Positions 36,660 to 45,057 of a stretch of 58,119 nt of DNA are shown here, piece after piece. A model generated the notes under the pieces. It saw only the letters and a program-made list of their open reading frames with translations. It was not told the origin of the DNA and searched no databases. Every line of letters begins with the position of its first letter. Position 1 is the first letter of the stretch. The translations under genes were made by a program, and so were the position numbers. Source of the DNA: a virus. Lineage: Duplodnaviria; Caudoviricetes. The DNA lies in the IMG/VR virus record IMGVR_UViG_3300029319_000051, positions 1-58,119 of that record, one strand, 5' to 3'.

Positions 36660-39600
36660 TGAACGGAGAAGATCTTACACAAGTAGGCGCTGAGGTTTCA
36701 GACATTGAAAAGAGCATTGACCTCCTGTCAGAAAAAGGATATGACTCCAATAGGATCATGGAGGTCATGTCCTCTGTTGGCTATGACTCAAATCAGGTTT
36801 ACAATGAGTTCGTTCGTCGTCACGAAGATGAGCGCCAGAGAATGTTGGAGGAGAAAGAGAGAGCAGACGCTTTGTTTCAGCAACAGCGTGACGCATACGA
36901 CGCGCTATTAAAAAAAAAAGACTTACCATCAGAACAAGATGGGGAGTCCTTGGATTTAGATCCCCAATTACCTGGAGCCCAAGCATCGGTAGCTGACCCA
37001 CGTTTGTTCGAGATTCGTCAGAACGACGAGTTGGCAATGAATGGTGTGACAAACAGCAGGATTGGCAATGAGCTTGTCCGTGCTGTAAGTTTCAATGACT
37101 CTCAGGCAGTAACTAAAGCGCTTGAAAGCGCTCAGTCAAATGGACTTCTTACTGAATTTTCTATCGAAGACGAGTACGATCAGGAAACCCTGCAAAAGAT
37201 ACAAGGTGCTGGTAATGAGATGATTGGCTTTGGAAAGAGCAGCTATCAGCTGGCTCTTAGCAAGGCCAACGAGATTAATAAGTCTTTAGGTATAGACATT
37301 GAGTACGACATCAACAGTGAAACAGACTTTGGTTTGTTCCTAAGAGAGTCTGTAGAAAGAGTAGAAAGGAACGAGGAGGACTTTAACAAGAGGACAGAGC
37401 AGTTTATCCAGCAGATCCCAGGCATGAGAGATGAGGAGGTGGGATTTGGCAGCATCCTTCTTGATGACTTAAGTTTTTCTAACATGGTGTCTGGCATGGC
37501 AGCATTTCAGGCTGATGTGTTCGGAGAGGGGGCTGGTCTTAAGAGTCTTTATGGGGATTCAGTAACCTCAGAGTACTATCAGGAAAAGATTAGAAAAACA
37601 AATCAGGCCAACGCCCAGCGCGAAAAGCTTTTTTACGAAGATCTTGAGGTGGCTGAAGAGGCATACTCTATGGGCAGCACAGAAAGGGTTGCGGCTGCAT
37701 GGAGAGGGGACATATCAATGGGTGATTACCTAGCTGCTACTACCGTAGAAACCAGCAGAGTAATGGTCGATGGCATAAAGTCTATTGCAGAGTATATAAT
37801 AAACCCAGCTGTTTTAGCTATTGATGTGTTTGGAGAAAGCTATGGAAACACTAGGACTTACTCTCCACATCTGAGCATTACTGAAGCGGCTGTTACATCT
37901 GCTGCCAAGGCTACGACTGAAGTCGTAATGGAAAGGATTATGATGGGCCTTGGTGTCGGCGCTGAAGCCCTTGTGAAAGGGTCTCTAAAAACTGCAAAGC
38001 AAACACTAAGAGGATCAAAACGTGCAGCTATAGATAAGGCTAGAAAAGACCTTGCTGGTAAGCTGACAGGTAGTTTGTCTGGTAAAATTATTGGAAACAC
38101 CGCTATTGAAGGGCTTGAAGAGGGGTTGGTAGAGATAACAAACTGGGCTATTGATGCTGCCGACAATGTCGCAATGGGCAGAAATGTTAAAGACCTAAAC
38201 TTCAGCGAAGTAGGTGATGCCTTCTTTGCTGGTATGGCTGGTGGGTTTGGTCCAATCGCCGTTACACAGCTGCCTTCTCACAGGGGGCACATTAAGTTTA
38301 TGTCCGACAGGTCTAACGTAATGAAGGCGATAGCCGAGCTTAGAAAGGACTATGAAGCTGAAACAGACCCCGTTAGAAAAAAAGAGCTAGAAAAAGACTT
38401 GATGAATGCAATGGTTAGATCCAATGTGATCACCAATGCAGAAAACAAAATGTACGAGGACTTTTCTCCAGAAGAGAAGAGGACAGTCATCATGTACAAT
38501 CAGGAAATATCTAATCTTCAACAGACTCTAGACACAGGCAAGTACTGGAACGGAGACAAGGTTACTTCTGAAGAGCGTACTGCTCTTGAAGCTAGGCTTA
38601 AGAACGCCATAGATAGGAAGGCTAAGATTGAAGCTGGTGTAGAGGCAAGACAGGGTGAGGAACAGTCTAAGGAAGAGGTTGAAACACCCCCAACTGTAGA
38701 GAACGCAGCAGAGACCAAGGCAGAAACAAAGACAAGGAAGGTGCCTAAGTCTGAAAAAGATATCCATAAGGATATCCCTGTCCCTACAGAGAAGGCACCT
38801 CAGGGTCAAGAGCAGGAGGCTGTTCAGCTTTCTTTGTTTGATGAGAACACTGTTCTCGATCCAGTAGCTGAGCCTGAAACTCAGCCAGAAGTACAAGAGG
38901 AAGCTCCTGTACAGGAAGAAGTAAAGACAGAGGCCGAGCAAGAAGCAGACAAACCAGTAGAGGAGCAAGGCTTCTTTGAGCTAAATGCAGAAGAAGCTCA
39001 GAAGTTTGACCTCAAGGACACTAAAGTAGTCGGTGATGGTGCTGGCCAAATATCTATACCCCTTGCCTCTAAAATAAACAAAGTCATTGATGCCTTTGGG
39101 AAAAGGGGACTTAAGGGTATCAAGGTTAGATACCACAGAAACACAGAGTCGTTGAGAAATGTTGACCCCGAGGTGGCTCAACAACTTGACCAAATTGAGT
39201 TGCAGAACCAGCAGAGTGGAAAAAAAGCAAGACTTGGTGGGTATTTTTTAAACGGTACGATTCACCTACACAAAGACAGCGATGCTCTTGATGTGCTAGA
39301 GGAGTTTAGTCACGGGGTGCTGAAAGATGTTATCGGAAAGGAAGCTAAGTCTAGAGAAAGACTTTACAATGAGCTGGTTGATATGTCTAAGGGCAAGTCA
39401 AAAGCTGCTCAGGAAGTAAAGAAAGTTCTTGATGAAAGAGAGAGGCTTTATAAGGGTGTGAGTGATGCTACAATGCAAGAAGAGTCTATTGTTTTCTTCT
39501 TGGTAAACTACGCTCAAAATCCTTCTTCGTTCTCCTCCTTAAAGTCTAGGATAAAGTCTGCTTTGAACAGATTTTTTAAAAGCGTCGGAGCTAAAAGCAA

Positions 39601-42600
39601 CATTATAAAAACCGACGACTCGCTATTGAGACTTGCCAACAAGTTTAGAGATGCAGCACAGGGAGTAGAAACTCAAGTACAACCTGAGACACGGGCAGAA
39701 ACAGAGCCTGAAACAGAAGTAGCTCAAGAAACAGTAACTCCTGACAAGGACCCTGCCGACATGACCCCTGAAGAGCTTGAGGCATACACCAATCAGCTTG
39801 TTGAGGGGGCCGAGGGGGTGGAAACCTCACAGGACGACGCTCTATCTAAAAGCACCCAAGACATTGATGTGACACCTGGCATGGCGTCAATTAGGCAAAA
39901 GCAGAACTTTAACTACTTAAAAGACACTGAGATATTCTACACTCACTATCCAACTCTTGGTGCTGGCGACTTACCCTTGACTAGCAGCAGATACACTACG
40001 TACAGTGTAGAGAAGTCAGTAAAGGTAAATGACTACTTTCACTTCAGGAACTGGTACAACTATCAAACTGGCAATCAAGTGTCTAGAAGAATTGCCAACA
40101 TGTACTTTATCAAAGATGGTAAAAAGTACAATGTTAATCCGCCAAGACCAAAGGTTGATCGGAATGGCAAGATAGTCCCTATGGATCTGCCGTTAACTTT
40201 TAGGCAGAGACAAAGACAAGAGTCTTTTCAAAAAGCAAAAGATTCTAAAAATATTCTTGCCAGAGTAAAAGACATCAATGACACCAACAGGAAGCTATTT
40301 GACACAATTCCTTGGAATGGGCTTGTAAATGCCAGGGAGTTTGCGCCAGCAACCAAGCCTCTATATGAGATGACTGCAAATGACAAGTACGTTGCTGCAG
40401 TTATTGAGCAAAAAAACTTGCAGGCTGCCATTGATATGGGGCTTACAAAAGAAGAGGTACAAGAGAGAGTTAACAAGCCAGACCGTGGCGGAGTCACAGG
40501 GAAGCTTAATAGGCTTATGGATGGTGACATTGTAAATGCTACTGGACTAGTGCCATTTGAGCAGGCAGAGACTGGAGACACCGTAGGTATGTTTGCTCTT
40601 AGAGACCTCAATGTTGAAAAGTTAGGTAAGCCCGATCACGTGGCGTCTAATGAAGAGCTTGCTGATTTAAAAGAGGGTAATATCGAAAGAATAAAGAATT
40701 TATTTATGAAGTTCTTCGGGTATGATAGAAGCATGCCCAATCAAGAAAAAGGAATTACCTCTGGCATTAGAGCGGTTCAGAGGCTGGACGAGACAGACAT
40801 TCCTGAACTCAAAGAAGGGGAAAGAGTTTTATCTACCCACGTCAGCTTTAGTCACGCCCAAAAAGGCATAGAGGCATATAGAAAAGAAGCTCAGGCACGC
40901 TACAGACAAGACAACAGTGTAACCTCTGGAGAGTTTGGGGCTGGATTTACTGTGCTTCTCCCCGAAGCCACAAGAGGCAACCCAGATGTCGTTAAAGCGT
41001 ACTTAAATGGCCTTTTGGCAAGGTCTAAAGATAGGGAGGCTGGTTTGCCTGGTCCTGCATTGTACAATAAGTTTACTTCAACAGGGAAGAGACTTATTAG
41101 ATCAATGGTAAAACAAGCTGAGGCTGAACAATACGAGGGGTTGTCTCCAGAAACCGCAAGGTTATTTTCTTCACCTGAATTTGATCGCCCTGTTACAACT
41201 GAAAAACAGTTTCAAGAAATAATAGATGTAGCAATCAATTTTAACGAAAAGCTTCCAGATCAATTTGAGGCCAGAAAAAGTCTATTTTCAGAGGATCTTT
41301 TGGAAGAATTTTTGGGGCATGAATCTTATGAGATGGCAAGAGAAATACCCCACCCGTCTCTTAAAATGGACGACCAAATAGCAGAGTATTTTAACGACCC
41401 GTCTCTTAGCAATCAAGCTGCAGGCACTCTTATAGGATACAAAACTTTTTCCTACGAAGTAGAGGTAGTAGAAGGCGCTAAAGCAAGATCAAAAGGCGGA
41501 GAAGAGTTTGTTGACTTTAAAGAAGGAACTATAAGAGCCGTCAAACTAGATGGTTATGGTTTTGCAGGGGCTATTGTTGTCAAGGGAGAGGTTAGCGATT
41601 TAGAGGTTTTGAAGGAGCAATACACTCTTGATAGACTAGACCCAGATCAGTTTAAAGATCCAGAGCTAGTCCCCACCACTGAGCCCGATCCAGAAACAGG
41701 GATAAGGGTGGCCAAAGACACCAAAACTCCGTACCAAAGAATGGAGGAGCGCAACAGATATAGTCGGATTGAGATGAACTCAGTCAGAAATGACTATGAT
41801 GGGAACGCATCTATCAGAGAGGGAAGAGGCCTTACGTCTATTCGTACTGACCAAGGTACATTCGAACTGTCGGATCTCAACTCTTATCAAGAGTGGAGAA
41901 ACAAGTGGATCAAAAGGCTTCAAGACAAATACGTAGACATCTTCAAAATACAGCAGGATGTAGAGACTGCTAGAGGCAAAATAGATAGAACTCAAGACTT
42001 CCGCATGGCCGAAGAGCTCATGTACGGTAAGGCAGCAGAGGATCTGCGTAAACTTGACGAGAAGGTTGACGGTATTACAAGTGAGCTCAAAGCAAACAAG
42101 ATATCTCCAAGTGAAATATCAGAATACCTATATGCTTTACATGCTCCTGAACGAAACCAGCTGATTAGTGAAAGGTCTGAAGGTAAAATTACTGAGGGAT
42201 CTGGAATGAGCAATGCTAGGGCTAAAGAGATTATAAACGCTATCCCATCAGGCAAACAAAAGGCCTACGACAACATCGTCAAGATGGTTAGAGAGATTCA
42301 GCAGGACACTAGAGACACGATGGTAAACTTTGGCCTTGAGTCAAAAGAAACCATTGACGCATTTGAGGCTATGTATGAAAACTACACGCCTCTATCTGGT
42401 ATCGCAACAGATGAAGAAACGTCATTTGATTCTTCTTACCCAACGGGTGGGGCTGGACTTTCTGTGTTTGGGCCAACCACCAAAAGGGCGGAGGGCAGAA
42501 AGACAGAGGCAACAGATATACTAGCCCAGGTAATCGCTCAAAACGCTTCGATACATATTAAGTCAAGAACCAATGAGGCTCTTCAATCTTTGTACAACTT

Positions 42601-44509
42601 GGTTGAACAAAACCCCAACCCAAAGGTTTGGAGAATTGTTGATGCAGAAAAAGCAAGACAACAAGACCCTCATTCTGTTGGTGTTAGAGTGGGCGGTGAG
42701 CAGAAGTTTATTAGATTCAAGGACGCCAGCCATGCTGAGACACTAAGGAATCTAAATCTGCCAGCCACAACCACCTTAATTAGAGTTCTTCGAGCTCCAT
42801 CTAACTGGTTGAGAAGGTCGTTTACAACTTTGAACCCAGAGTTCATGGTGTCTAATTTCTCTAGAGATATCCAAGCCGCCCTGTTCAACGCTGCGGCGGA
42901 GGCTGATATCCCAGGAGGACTTGTAGAAGGCAATGCAATTATTGCTGACATGATTAAGACGGTGCCAGCAACTCTGAAAGCCTTGACTAGAGATGAGGTG
43001 GGGGCTTTGAAAAAAGTTTTTAAAGACAACCCAGAGATAGAGCGGTACTACAACGACTTCAGAGAAGACGGGGGAAAGACGGGTTGGAGCTATGCAAAGC
43101 CATTGTCAGACATAGCTAAAGACCTAGAAGGCAAGACTGGTGAGAAGACTAGGATGCAAGAAATTCTAGGCAAGGGGAAAAACTTCCTTGATACTATTGA
43201 GGGAGTAAATGATGCCTTTGAAAATAGCATCAGGCTGTCAGCATACATTGCTGCAAGAGAAAAGGGTGTAGGCAGGGAGAAGGCAGCACAGCTGGCAAAG
43301 AACATTACCGTGAACTTTAACAAGTCTGGCGAATATGGACAGGCTATCAATGCGGCATATTTGTTTTTCAATGCTTCTGTTCAGGGAACTGCAAGATTAG
43401 GTAAATCCTTGCTCACTTTCAAGGAGCCAACATATCCAGACGGAAGCCGAAGAAGACCCATAGACAGAATAAACAACGCACAGAAGATGGCAGCTGCCCT
43501 CACTGTGTTTAATGGTCTTCTCACAATGTTGGGTCTCGCTATGTCTGGAGAGGATGAAGATGGAGAGCTTTACTACAACAAGATCCCCGCTTACATAAAA
43601 GAAAGAAACCTCATAATCATGAGGCCTGATGGCGAAAACTACTACAAAATTCCTATGCCTTATGGGTTTAGCGTCTTTGCTAACCTAGGTAACCTATCTG
43701 TAGAGGTCGGTGCGGGACACAAAGAAATAGACGAGGCGATGTTCCAAATGATATCGTCAACCATAAACTCCTTCTCTCCAGTAAGTTTTGGTCAGTCTGA
43801 AGATTTGATTACAAAAGTTGGAAAAACAATAACTCCAACATTCTTTACGCCAATTATAGACTATATGGCCAACGAAACATACTTTGGCACTCCAGTTAGA
43901 GCCAAGAACTTGCCGTATGGTTTGCAAAAGCCTGAGTCATCATTGTCATTTAGATCTCCAGAATCTGTTCAACAGTTTTTTAGGTGGTTGAATGAAGCTA
44001 GTGGTGGATCAACAGAAGTCAAGGGGGATATAGATATCAACCCAGATGCTTACTGGTACTTCTTCGAATACTTTATTGGAGGTGCGGGTAAGTTTGTTAC
44101 AAGAACAGGAGAGGCTACCAGAAGGTTGGCAGCTAAGGCTTCCGACACTGACGTGCAGATAGAGGCAAATGATATTCCATTCTTGAGGCTGCTTTACGGT
44201 GAGCCATCTAAGTTCATGGACGTTGAGGACTACAGAAAGAGACGCGATATAATTAAGTCCCTGAGGTCTGAGATGAAAGCGGGCAGGAGAGACGACCCAG
44301 GAAGATATGATGGTGTTCTCCTCCTAAATCAAAGGCTTGACTTCTTTGACAAGCAACTTAAAAATATCAGGGCTCAAAAAAGAAAGGCCTTGAACATAAA
44401 GGATTACGCACAGAGAACAATAAGGATAGAGGAGTTAAGAGAAAAAGAAAGAAGTATAGTTATGAACTTTAATGAGCAATATGAAAAACTCAGAGGGAAA
44501 AAAGATTAA
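36659..44509 (+). CDS. Giant ejection/polyvalent protein with a C-terminal LPD38-like domain
   Basis: 2616 aa; NP.F...NF.RD, ITVNFN..G, YLFFNASVQG and IP.YIKERN...YKIPMPYG motifs; degenerate zincin-like LEEFSH. Confidence 0.75.
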   Translation: MNGEDLTQVGAEVSDIEKSIDLLSEKGYDSNRIMEVMSSVGYDSNQVYNEFVRRHEDERQRMLEEKERADALFQQQRDAYDALLKKKDLPSEQDGESLDLDPQLPGAQASVADPRLFEIRQNDELAMNGVTNSRIGNELVRAVSFNDSQAVTKALESAQSNGLLTEFSIEDEYDQETLQKIQGAGNEMIGFGKSSYQLALSKANEINKSLGIDIEYDINSETDFGLFLRESVERVERNEEDFNKRTEQFIQQIPGMRDEEVGFGSILLDDLSFSNMVSGMAAFQADVFGEGAGLKSLYGDSVTSEYYQEKIRKTNQANAQREKLFYEDLEVAEEAYSMGSTERVAAAWRGDISMGDYLAATTVETSRVMVDGIKSIAEYIINPAVLAIDVFGESYGNTRTYSPHLSITEAAVTSAAKATTEVVMERIMMGLGVGAEALVKGSLKTAKQTLRGSKRAAIDKARKDLAGKLTGSLSGKIIGNTAIEGLEEGLVEITNWAIDAADNVAMGRNVKDLNFSEVGDAFFAGMAGGFGPIAVTQLPSHRGHIKFMSDRSNVMKAIAELRKDYEAETDPVRKKELEKDLMNAMVRSNVITNAENKMYEDFSPEEKRTVIMYNQEISNLQQTLDTGKYWNGDKVTSEERTALEARLKNAIDRKAKIEAGVEARQGEEQSKEEVETPPTVENAAETKAETKTRKVPKSEKDIHKDIPVPTEKAPQGQEQEAVQLSLFDENTVLDPVAEPETQPEVQEEAPVQEEVKTEAEQEADKPVEEQGFFELNAEEAQKFDLKDTKVVGDGAGQISIPLASKINKVIDAFGKRGLKGIKVRYHRNTESLRNVDPEVAQQLDQIELQNQQSGKKARLGGYFLNGTIHLHKDSDALDVLEEFSHGVLKDVIGKEAKSRERLYNELVDMSKGKSKAAQEVKKVLDERERLYKGVSDATMQEESIVFFLVNYAQNPSSFSSLKSRIKSALNRFFKSVGAKSNIIKTDDSLLRLANKFRDAAQGVETQVQPETRAETEPETEVAQETVTPDKDPADMTPEELEAYTNQLVEGAEGVETSQDDALSKSTQDIDVTPGMASIRQKQNFNYLKDTEIFYTHYPTLGAGDLPLTSSRYTTYSVEKSVKVNDYFHFRNWYNYQTGNQVSRRIANMYFIKDGKKYNVNPPRPKVDRNGKIVPMDLPLTFRQRQRQESFQKAKDSKNILARVKDINDTNRKLFDTIPWNGLVNAREFAPATKPLYEMTANDKYVAAVIEQKNLQAAIDMGLTKEEVQERVNKPDRGGVTGKLNRLMDGDIVNATGLVPFEQAETGDTVGMFALRDLNVEKLGKPDHVASNEELADLKEGNIERIKNLFMKFFGYDRSMPNQEKGITSGIRAVQRLDETDIPELKEGERVLSTHVSFSHAQKGIEAYRKEAQARYRQDNSVTSGEFGAGFTVLLPEATRGNPDVVKAYLNGLLARSKDREAGLPGPALYNKFTSTGKRLIRSMVKQAEAEQYEGLSPETARLFSSPEFDRPVTTEKQFQEIIDVAINFNEKLPDQFEARKSLFSEDLLEEFLGHESYEMAREIPHPSLKMDDQIAEYFNDPSLSNQAAGTLIGYKTFSYEVEVVEGAKARSKGGEEFVDFKEGTIRAVKLDGYGFAGAIVVKGEVSDLEVLKEQYTLDRLDPDQFKDPELVPTTEPDPETGIRVAKDTKTPYQRMEERNRYSRIEMNSVRNDYDGNASIREGRGLTSIRTDQGTFELSDLNSYQEWRNKWIKRLQDKYVDIFKIQQDVETARGKIDRTQDFRMAEELMYGKAAEDLRKLDEKVDGITSELKANKISPSEISEYLYALHAPERNQLISERSEGKITEGSGMSNARAKEIINAIPSGKQKAYDNIVKMVREIQQDTRDTMVNFGLESKETIDAFEAMYENYTPLSGIATDEETSFDSSYPTGGAGLSVFGPTTKRAEGRKTEATDILAQVIAQNASIHIKSRTNEALQSLYNLVEQNPNPKVWRIVDAEKARQQDPHSVGVRVGGEQKFIRFKDASHAETLRNLNLPATTTLIRVLRAPSNWLRRSFTTLNPEFMVSNFSRDIQAALFNAAAEADIPGGLVEGNAIIADMIKTVPATLKALTRDEVGALKKVFKDNPEIERYYNDFREDGGKTGWSYAKPLSDIAKDLEGKTGEKTRMQEILGKGKNFLDTIEGVNDAFENSIRLSAYIAAREKGVGREKAAQLAKNITVNFNKSGEYGQAINAAYLFFNASVQGTARLGKSLLTFKEPTYPDGSRRRPIDRINNAQKMAAALTVFNGLLTMLGLAMSGEDEDGELYYNKIPAYIKERNLIIMRPDGENYYKIPMPYGFSVFANLGNLSVEVGAGHKEIDEAMFQMISSTINSFSPVSFGQSEDLITKVGKTITPTFFTPIIDYMANETYFGTPVRAKNLPYGLQKPESSLSFRSPESVQQFFRWLNEASGGSTEVKGDIDINPDAYWYFFEYFIGGAGKFVTRTGEATRRLAAKASDTDVQIEANDIPFLRLLYGEPSKFMDVEDYRKRRDIIKSLRSEMKAGRRDDPGRYDGVLLLNQRLDFFDKQLKNIRAQKRKALNIKDYAQRTIRIEELREKERSIVMNFNEQYEKLRGKKD

Positions 44510-44924
44510 AGACACGGGCCTTGGCAAGTGGCTCAAGTCAAAAGCACCTAACGTGCTTGATGTTGTAGGCGATCTGCTGCCTGACAGCGGTGGCCTTGGT
44601 GTGGTCAAAAACCTCATAGACAAAGAGCCCAATATTGATCCAGCTGAAGCCAAAGCTGCCATCGATGCAGAGGTAAAGTTTCAGGAAAATGTCACCGAAA
44701 GATGGAAGGCTGACATGGGGAGCGACGTAAAGTTGGCGAAGCTCATCAGGCCAGTGACACTCATCGCTTTGATGAGCATGTTTATGGTGACCATGGTTGC
44801 CGACAGCATGGACAACTGGCCATTTAACGTAAAAGATTCCTACGTATCTTTGCTTGAAATCCTGATGCTCACTGCTTTCGGTGCGTATTTCGCAGGCAGA
44901 ACCATAGAAAAAGCCAAAAAATAA
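44472..44924 (+). CDS. Holin (3TM GTA-type family)
   Basis: RWKADM.SD..LAKLIRP, hydrophobic helices and AYFAGRTIEK. Confidence 0.8.
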   Translation: MSNMKNSEGKKIKDTGLGKWLKSKAPNVLDVVGDLLPDSGGLGVVKNLIDKEPNIDPAEAKAAIDAEVKFQENVTERWKADMGSDVKLAKLIRPVTLIALMSMFMVTMVADSMDNWPFNVKDSYVSLLEILMLTAFGAYFAGRTIEKAKK

Positions 44925-44925
44925 C

Positions 44926-45057
44926 ATGGAAGAGGACTTCGACGATATCAGCTTTTTGGATCAAGACAAGCTCAAGAAGCAAGAGAAGAAGATTGAAGAC
45001 GGTGAGATCACCTGCAACATCGACAACCCAGAGGATTGCGAGTCATGCAGCGGATAA
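44926..45057 (+). CDS. 43-aa peptide ending in an RNR-alpha-like redox tail (CNIDNPEDCESCSG)
   Basis: Read manually; starts 1 nt after the holin stop and overlaps the next start. Confidence 0.7.
   Translation: MEEDFDDISFLDQDKLKKQEKKIEDGEITCNIDNPEDCESCSG

Noticed and set aside
41788-41810. NDYDGN in the giant protein as an RNA polymerase catalytic motif
   Set aside because: The third Asp of DxDGD/DFDID is missing and no other polymerase motifs are visible nearby.
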